Of a stretch of DNA of 64,000 nt, positions 51,901-61,249 are shown piece after piece. The stretch's first letter is position 1, and each line of letters begins with the position of its first letter. A model generated the notes under the pieces. It did no database searches. It was not told the origin of the DNA and saw nothing but the letters and a program-made list of their open reading frames with translations. The stretch lies in assembly GCA_964016885.1 (NCBI GenBank), contig OZ024740.1, positions 416,888,001 to 416,952,000 on the forward strand. The letters are read 5' to 3'. This DNA is from Eledone cirrhosa. Lineage: Eukaryota. The translations under genes were made by a program, and so were the position numbers.

Positions 51901-52760
51901 GGTGGTGTTGGTAGAGTATAGTTTGTTGTGATGTGTTGGTGGTGTTGACACAGTATAGTTTGTTGTGATGTGTTGGTGGTGTTGGTAGAGTATAGTTTGT
52001 TGTGATGTGTTGGTAGTGTTGGTACAGTATTGTTTGTTGTGATGTGTTGGTGGTGTTGGTACAGTGTAGTTTGTGGTGATGTGTTGGTAGTGTTGATACA
52101 GTATAGTTTGTTGTGATGTGTTGGTGGTGTTGGCACAGTATAGTTTGTTGTGATGTGGTGGTGGTGTTGGTAGAGTATAGTTTGTTGTGATGTGTTGGTA
52201 GTGTTGATACATTATAGTTTGTTGTGATGTGTTGGTGGTGTTGGCACAGTATAGTTTGTTGTGATGTGGTGGTGGTGTTGGTAGAGTATAGTTTTTTGTG
52301 TTGTGTTGGTGGTGTTGGTAGAGTATAGTTTGTTATGATGTGTTGGTGGTGTTGGTAGAGTATAGTTTGTTGTGATGTGTTGGTGGTGTTGGTAGAGTAT
52401 AGTTTGTTGTGATGTGTTGGTGGTGTTGACACAGTATAGTTTGTTGTGATGTGTTGGTGGTGTTGGTAGAGTATAGTTTGTTGTGATGTGTTGGTGGTGT
52501 TGGTAGAGTATAGTTTGTTGTGATGTGTTGGTAGTGTTGATACAGTATAGTTTGTTGTGATGTGTTGGTGGTGTTGGCACAGTATAGTCTGTTGTGATGT
52601 GGTGGTGGTGTTGGTAGAGTATAGTTTGTTGTGATGTGTTGGTGGTGTTGGTAGAGTATAGTTTATGATGTGTTGGTGGTGTTGGTAGAGTATAGTTTGT
52701 TGTGATGTGTTGGTGGTGTTGGTAGAGTGCAGTTTGTTGTGATGTGTTGGTGGTGTTGGC
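45985..52760. repeat. Block duplication at offset 4066 bp (110 monomers); third and fourth copies of the 35.8-38.5 kb block
   Basis: Identical ORFs at 46000/50066, 46340/50406 and 46824/50890, offset 4066 = 110x37-4. The 576-aa ORF occurs at 36175, 40907, 46340 and 50406. Confidence 0.9.
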
Positions 52761-53619
52761 ACAGTATAGTTTGTTGTGATGTGTTGGTGGTGTTGGTAGA
52801 GTATAGTTTGTTGTGATGTGTTGGTGGTGTTGGCACAGTATAGTTTCTGGTGATGTGTTGGTGGTGTTGGCACAGTATAGTTTGTTGTGATGTGTTGGTG
52901 GTGTTGGCACAGTATAGTTTGTTGTGATGTGTTGGTGGTGTTGGTAGAGTATAGTTTGTTGTGATGTGGTGATGGTGTTGGTAGAGTATAGTTTGTTGTG
53001 TTGTGTTGGTGGTGTTGGTAGAGTATAGTTTGTTATGATGTGTTGGTGGTGTTGGTAGAGTATAGTTTGTTGTGATGTGTTGGTGGTGTTGGTAGAGTAT
53101 AGTTTGTTGTGATGTGTTGGTGGTGTTGACACAGTATAGTTTGTTGTGATGTGTTGGTGGTGTTGGTACAGTATAGTTTGTTGTGATGTGTTGGTGGTGT
53201 TGGTAGAGTATAGTTTGTTGTGATGTGTTGGTGGTGTTGGTAGAGTATAGTTTGTTGTGATGTGTTGGTGGTGTTGGTAGAGTATAGTTTGTTGTGATGT
53301 GTTGGTGGTGTTGGTAGAGTATAGTTTGTTGTGATGTGTTGGTGGTGTTGGTAGAGTATAGTTTGTTGTGATGTGTTGGTGGTGTTGACACAGTATGGTT
53401 TGTTGTGATGTGTTGGTGGTGTTGGTAGAGTATAGTTTGTTGTGATGTGTTGGTAGTGTTGGTACAGTATAGTTTGTTGTGATGTGTTGGTGGTGTTGGT
53501 ACAGTGTAGTTTGTGGTGATGTGTTGGTGGTGTTGGCACAGTATAGCTTGTTGTCATGTCTTGGTGGTGTTCGTAGAGTATAGTTTGTTGTGATGTCTTG
53601 GTGGTGTTGGTACATTATA

Positions 53620-56600
53620 GTTTGTTGTGATGTGTTGGTAGTGTTGATACAGTATAGTTTGTTGTGATGTGTTGGTGGTGATGGCACAGTATAGTTGTTG
53701 TGATGTGGTGGTGGTGTTGGTAGAGTATAGTTTGTTGTGATGTGTTGGTGGTGTTCGTAGAGTATAGTTTGTTATGATGTGTTGGTGGTGTTGGTAGAGT
53801 ATAGTTTGTTGTGATGTGTTGGTGGTGTTGGTAGAGTATAGTTTGTTGTGATGTGTTGGTTGTGTTGGCACAGTATAGTTTGTTGTGATGTGTTGGTGGT
53901 GTTGGTAGAGTATAGTTTGTTGTGATGTGTTGGTGGTGTTGGCACAGTATAGTTTGTTGTTATGTGTTGGTGGTGTTGGCACAGTATAGTTTGTTGTGAT
54001 GTGTTGGTGGTGTTGTCACAGTATAGTTTGTTGTGATGTGTTGGTGGTGTTGGTAGAGTATAGTTTGTTGTGATGTGTTGGTGGTGTTGGTAGAGTATAG
54101 TTTGTTGTGATGTGTTGGTGGTGTTGGTACAGTATAGTTTGTTGTGATGTGTTGATGGTGTTGGTAGAGTATAGTTCGTTGTGATGTGTTGGTGGTGTTG
54201 GTACAGTATAGTTTGTTGTGATGTGTTGGTGCTGTTGGCACAGTATAGTTTCTTGTGATGTGTTGGGGATGTTGGTAGAGTATAGTTTGTTGTGATGTGT
54301 TGGTGGTTTTGGTACATTATAGTTTGTTGTGATGTGTTGGTGGTGTTAATAGAGTATAGTTTGTTGTGATGTGTTGGTGGTGTTGGTAGAGTATAGTTTG
54401 TTGTGATGTGCTGGTGGTGTTGGTACATTATAGGTTGTTGTGATGTGTTGGTGGTGTTGGCACAGTATAGTTTATTGTGATGTGTTGGTGGTGTTGGTAC
54501 AGTATAGTTTGTTGTGATGTGTTGGTGGTGTTGGTACAGTATAGTTTGTTGTGATGTGTTGGTGGTGTTGGTACAGTATAATTTGTTGTGATGTGTTGGT
54601 GCTGTTGGTACAGTATTGTTTGTTGTGATGTGTTGGTGATGTTGGTACAGTATAGTTTGTTGTGATGTGTTGGTGGTGTTGGCACGGCATAGTTTGTTGT
54701 GATGTGTTGGTGGTGTTGGTACAGTATAGTTTATTGTGATGTGTTGGTGGTGTTGGCACAGTATATTTTGTTGTGATGTGTTGGTTGTGTTGGTACAGTA
54801 TAGTTTGTTGTGATGTGTTGGTGGTGTTGGTACAGTATAGTTTGTTGTGATGTGTTGGTGGTGTTGGCACAGTATAGTTTGTTGTGATGTGTTGGTGATG
54901 TTGGTAGAGTATAGTTTGTTGTGATGTGTCGGTGGTGTTGGTACATTATAGTTTGTTGTGATGTGTTGGTGGTGTTGGTAGAGTATAGTTTGTTGTGATG
55001 TGTTGGTGGTGTTGGTACATTATAGTTTGTTGTGATGTGTTGCTGGTGTTGATACAGTATAGTTTGTTGTGATGTGGTGGTGGTGTTGGTAGAGTATAGT
55101 TTGTTGTGATGTGTTGGTGGTGTTGGCACAGTATAGTTTGTTGTGATGTGTTGGTGGTGTTGGCACAGTATAGTTTGTTATGATGTGTTGGTGGTGTTGG
55201 TAGAGTATAGTTTGTTGTGATATGTTGGTGGTGTTGGTAGAGTATAGTTTGTTGTGATGTGTTGGTGGTGTTGACACAGTATAGTTTGTTGTGATGTGTT
55301 GGTGGTGTTGGTACAGTATAGTTTGTTGTGATGTGTTGGTGGTGTTGGTAGAGTATAGTTTGTTGTGATGTGTTGGTGGTGTTGGTAGAGTATAGTTTGT
55401 TGTGATGTGTTGGTGGTGTTGGCACAGTATAGTTTGTTGAAATGTGTTTGTGGTGTTGGCACAGTATAGTTTGTTGTGATGTGTTGGTGGTGTTGGTAGA
55501 GTATAGTTTGTTGTGATGTGTTGGTGGTGTTGGTACAGTATAGTTTGTTGTGATGTGTTGGTGGTGTTGGTACAGTATAGTTTGTTGAAATGTGTTGGTG
55601 GTGTTGGCACAGTATAGTTTGTTGTGATGTGTTGGTGGTGTTGGTAGAGTATAGTTTGTTGTGATGAGTTGGTGGTGTTGGCACAGTATAGTTTGTTGTG
55701 ATGTGTTGGTGGTGTTGGTACAGTATAGTTTGTTGTGATGTGTTGGTGGTGTTGGTACAGTATAGTTTATTGTGATGTGATGGTGGTGTTGGTACAGTAT
55801 AATTTGTTGTGATGTGTTGGTTGTGTTGGTACAGTATAGTTTGTTGTGATGTGTTGGTGGTGTTGGTAGAGTACAGTTTATTTTGATGTGTTGGTGGTGT
55901 TGGCACAGTATAGTTTGTTGTGATGTGTTGGTGCTGTTGGTACAGTATAGTTTGTTGTGATGAGTTGGTGGTGTTGGTAGAGTATAGTTTGTTGTGATTT
56001 GTTGGTGGTGTTGGTAGAGTATAGTTTGTTGTGATGTGCTGGTGGTGTTGACATAGTATAGTTTGTTGTGATGTGTTGGTGGTGTTGATACAGTATAGTT
56101 TGTTGTGATGTGTTGGTGGTGTTGGGAGAGTATCGTTTGTTGTGATGTGTTGGTGGTGTTGATAGAGTATAGTTTGTTGTGATGTGTTGGTGGTGTTGGT
56201 AGAGTATAGTTTGTTGTGATGTGTTGGTGGTGTTGGTTGAGTATAGTCTGTTGTGATGTGTTGGTGGTGTTGGCACAGTATAGTTTGTTGTGATGTGTTG
56301 GTGGTGTTGGTACAGTATAGTTTGTTGTGATGTGTTGGTGGTGTTGCTACAGTATAGTTTGTTGTGATGTGTTGGTGGTGTTGGTACAGTATAATTTGTT
56401 GTGATGTGTTGGTGCTGTTGGTACAGTATAGTTTGTTGTGATGTGTTGGTGATGTTGGTACAGTATAGTTTATTGTGATGTGTTGATGGTGTTGGCACAG
56501 TATAGTTTGTTGTGATGTGTTGGTGGTGTTGGTAGAATATAATTTGTTGTGATGAGTTGGTGGTGTTGGTAGAGTATAGTTTGTTGTGATGTGTTGGTGG

Positions 56601-59600
56601 TGTTGGTAGAGTATAGTTTGTTGTGATGTGTTGGTGGTGTTGACACAGTATAGTTTGTTATGATGTGTTGGTGGTGTTGGTACAGTATAGTTTGTTGTGA
56701 TGTGTTGGTGGTGTTGGTACAGTATAGTTTGTTGAGATGTGTTGGTGGTGTTGGTACAGTATAGTTTGTTGTGATGTGTTGGTGGTGTTGGCACAGTAGA
56801 GTTTGTTGTGATGTGTTGGTGATGTTGGTAGAGTATAGTTTGTTGTGATGTGTTGATGGTGTTGGTAGAGTATAGTTCGTTGTGATGTGTTGGTGGTGTT
56901 GGTACAGTATAGTTTGTTGTGATGTGTTGGTGCTGTTGGCACAGTATAGTTTCTTGTGATGTGTTGGGGATGTTGGTAGAGTATAGTTTGTTGTGATGTG
57001 TTGGTAGTGTTGATACAGTATAGTTTGTTGTGATGTGTTGGTGGTGATGGCACAGTATAGTTGTTGTGATGTGGTGGTGGTGTTGGTAGAGTATAGTTTG
57101 TTGTGATGTGTTGGTGGTGTTCGTAGAGTATAGTTTGTTATGATGTGTTGGTGGTGTTGGTAGAGTATAGTTTGTTGTGATGTGTTGGTGGTGTTGGTAG
57201 AGTATAGTTTGTTGTGATGTGTTGGTTGTGTTGGCACAGTATAGTTTGTTGTGATGTGTTGGTGGTGTTGGTAGAGTATAGTTTGTTGTGATGTGTTGGT
57301 GGTGTTGGCACAGTATAGTTTGTTGTTATGTGTTGGTGGTGTTGGCACAGTATAGTTTGTTGTGATGTGTTGGTGGTGTTGTCACAGTATAGTTTGTTGT
57401 GATGTGTTGGTGGTGTTGGTAGAGTATAGTTTGTTGTGATGTGTTGGTGGTGTTGGTAGAGTATAGTTTGTTGTGATGTGTTGGTGGTGTTGGTACAGTA
57501 TAGTTTGTTGTGATGTGTTGATGGTGTTGGTAGAGTATAGTTCGTTGTGATGTGTTGGTGGTGTTGGTACAGTATAGTTTGTTGTGATGTGTTGGTGCTG
57601 TTGGCACAGTATAGTTTCTTGTGATGTGTTGGGGATGTTGGTAGAGTATAGTTTGTTGTGATGTGTTGGTGGTTTTGGTACATTATAGTTTGTTGTGATG
57701 TGTTGGTGGTGTTAATAGAGTATAGTTTGTTGTGATGTGTTGGTGGTGTTGGTAGAGTATAGTTTGTTGTGATGTGCTGGTGGTGTTGGTACATTATAGG
57801 TTGTTGTGATGTGTTGGTGGTGTTGGCACAGTATAGTTTATTGTGATGTGTTGGTGGTGTTGGTACAGTATAGTTTGTTGTGATGTGTTGGTGGTGTTGG
57901 TACAGTATAGTTTGTTGTGATGTGTTGGTGGTGTTGGTACAGTATAATTTGTTGTGATGTGTTGGTGCTGTTGGTACAGTATTGTTTGTTGTGATGTGTT
58001 GGTGATGTTGGTACAGTATAGTTTGTTGTGATGTGTTGGTGGTGTTGGCACGGCATAGTTTGTTGTGATGTGTTGGTGGTGTTGGTACAGTATAGTTTAT
58101 TGTGATGTGTTGGTGGTGTTGGCACAGTATATTTTGTTGTGATGTGTTGGTTGTGTTGGTACAGTATAGTTTGTTGTGATGTGTTGGTGGTGTTGGTACA
58201 GTATAGTTTGTTGTGATGTGTTGGTGGTGTTGGCACAGTATAGTTTGTTGTGATGTGTTGGTGATGTTGGTAGAGTATAGTTTGTTGTGATGTGTCGGTG
58301 GTGTTGGTACATTATAGTTTGTTGTGATGTGTTGGTGGTGTTGGTAGAGTATAGTTTGTTGTGATGTGTTGGTGGTGTTGGTACATTATAGTTTGTTGTG
58401 ATGTGTTGCTGGTGTTGATACAGTATAGTTTGTTGTGATGTGGTGGTGGTGTTGGTAGAGTATAGTTTGTTGTGATGTGTTGGTGGTGTTGGCACAGTAT
58501 AGTTTGTTGTGATGTGTTGGTGGTGTTGGCACAGTATAGTTTGTTGTGATGTGTTGGTGGTGTTGGCACAGTATAGTTTGTTATGATGTGTTGGTGGTGT
58601 TGGTAGAGTATAGTTTGTTGTGATATGTTGGTGGTGTTGGTAGAGTATAGTTTGTTGTGATGTGTTGGTGGTGTTGACACAGTATAGTTTGTTGTGATGT
58701 GTTGGTGGTGTTGGTACAGTATAGTTTGTTGTGATGTGTTGGTGGTGTTGGTAGAGTATAGTTTGTTGTGATGTGTTGGTGGTGTTGGTAGAGTATAGTT
58801 TGTTGTGATGTGTTGGTGGTGTTGGCACAGTATAGTTTGTTGAAATGTGTTTGTGGTGTTGGCACAGTATAGTTTGTTGTGATGTGTTGGTGGTGTTGGT
58901 AGAGTATAGTTTGTTGTGATGTGTTGGTGGTGTTGGTACAGTATAGTTTGTTGTGATGTGTTGGTGGTGTTGGTACAGTATAGTTTGTTGAAATGTGTTG
59001 GTGGTGTTGGCACAGTATAGTTTGTTGTGATGTGTTGGTGGTGTTGGTAGAGTATAGTTTGTTGTGATGAGTTGGTGGTGTTGGCACAGTATAGTTTGTT
59101 GTGATGTGTTGGTGGTGTTGGTACAGTATAGTTTGTTGTGATGTGTTGGTGGTGTTGGTACAGTATAGTTTATTGTGATGTGATGGTGGTGTTGGTACAG
59201 TATAATTTGTTGTGATGTGTTGGTTGTGTTGGTACAGTATAGTTTGTTGTGATGTGTTGGTGGTGTTGGTAGAGTACAGTTTATTTTGATGTGTTGGTGG
59301 TGTTGGCACAGTATAGTTTGTTGTGATGTGTTGGTGCTGTTGGTACAGTATAGTTTGTTGTGATGAGTTGGTGGTGTTGGTAGAGTATAGTTTGTTGTGA
59401 TTTGTTGGTGGTGTTGGTAGAGTATAGTTTGTTGTGATGTGCTGGTGGTGTTGACATAGTATAGTTTGTTGTGATGTGTTGGTGGTGTTGATACAGTATA
59501 GTTTGTTGTGATGTGTTGGTGGTGTTGGGAGAGTATCGTTTGTTGTGATGTGTTGGTGGTGTTGATAGAGTATAGTTTGTTGTGATGTGTTGGTGGTGTT

Positions 59601-60250
59601 GGTAGAGTATAGTTTGTTGTGATGTGTTGGTGGTGTTGGTTGAGTATAGTCTGTTGTGATGTGTTGGTGGTGTTGGCACAGTATAGTTTGTTGTGATGTG
59701 TTGGTGGTGTTGGTACAGTATAGTTTGTTGTGATGTGTTGGTGGTGTTGCTACAGTATAGTTTGTTGTGATGTGTTGGTGGTGTTGGTATAGTATAATTT
59801 GTTGTGATGTGTTGGTGTTGTTGGTACAGTATAGTTTGTTGTGATGTGTTGGTGATGTTGGTACAGTATAGTTTATTGTGATGTGTTGATGGTGTTGGCA
59901 CAGTATAGTTTGTTGTGATGTGTTGGTGGTGTTGGTAGAATATAATTTGTTGTGATGAGTTGGTGGTGTTGGTAGAGTATAGTTTGTTGTGATGTGTTGG
60001 TGGTGTTGGTAGAGTATAGTTTGTTGTGATGTGTTGGTGGTGTTGACACAGTATAGTTTGTTATGATGTGTTGGTGGTGTTGGTACAGTATAGTTTGTTG
60101 TGATGTGTTGGTGGTGTTGGTACAGTATAGTTTGTTGAGATGTGTTGGTGGTGTTGGTACAGTATAGTTTGTTGTGATGTGTTGGTGGTGTTGGCACAGT
60201 AGAGTTTGTTGTGATGTGTTGGTGATGTTGGTAGAGTATAGTTTGTTGTG
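53620..60250. repeat. Tandem block duplication of 91-92 monomers (3366-3403 bp)
   Basis: ORF pairs 53772/57138, 54428/57794 and 54472/57838 are offset 3366, and 55878/59281 is offset 3403, so the second copy has one extra CACA monomer near 58.5 kb. Confidence 0.9.
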
Positions 60251-61249
60251 ATGTGTTGGTGGTGTTGGCACAGTATAGTTTGTTGTGATGTGTTGGTGGT
60301 GTTGGTAGAGTATAGTTTGTTGTGATGTGTTGGTGGTGTTGGTAAAGTATAGTTTGTTGTGATGTGTTGGTGGTGTTGGTAGAGTATAGTTTATTGTGAT
60401 GTGTTGGTGGTGTTGGTACATTATAGTTTGTTGTGATGTGTTGCTGGTGTTGATACAGTATAGTTTGTTGTGATGTGTTGGTGGTGTTGGTAGAGTATAG
60501 TTTGTTGTGATGTGTTGGTGGTGTTGGTAGAGTATAGTTTGTTGTGATGTGTTGGTGGTGTTGGCACAGTATAGTTTGTTGTGATGTGTTGGTGGTGTTG
60601 GCACTGTATAGTTTGTTGTGATGTGTTGGTGGTGTTGGCACAGTATAGTTTGTTGTGATGTGTTGGTGGTGTTGGTAGAGTATAGTTTGTTGTGATGTGT
60701 TGGTGGTATTGGTACAGTATAGTTTGTTGTGATGTGTTGGTGGTGTTGGTAGAGTATAGTTTGGTGTGATGTGTTGATGGTGTTGGTACAGTATAGTTTG
60801 TTGTGATGTGTTGGTGGTGTTGGTACAGTATAGTTTGTTGTGATGTGTTGGTGCTGTTGGCACAGTATAGTTTGTTGTGATGTGTTGGGGATGTTGGTAG
60901 AGTATAGTTTGTTGTGATGTGTTGGTGGTGTTGGTACATTATAGTTTGTTGTGATGTGTTGGTGGTGTTGATACAGTATAGTTTGTTGTGATGTGTTGGT
61001 GGTGTTGGTAGAGTATAGTTTGTTGTGATGTGTTGGTGGTGTTGGCACAGTATAGTTTGTTGTGATGTGTTGGTGGTGTTGGTACAGTATAGTTTGTTGT
61101 GATGTGTTGGTGGTGTTGGTACAGTATAGTTTGTTGTGATGTGTTGGTGGTGTTGGTACAGTATAATTTGTTGTGATGTGTTGGTGCTGTTGGTGCAGTA
61201 TAGTTTGTTGTGATGTGTTGGTGATGTTGGTACAGTATAGTTTGTTGTG

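Noticed and set aside
35925-59450. Chi-like motifs: GTTGGTGG in the consensus and exact GCTGGTGG in rare variants (e.g. about 35928 and 37519)
   Set aside because: These are expected in a TGG-rich monomer. Nothing indicates a bacterial RecBCD context.
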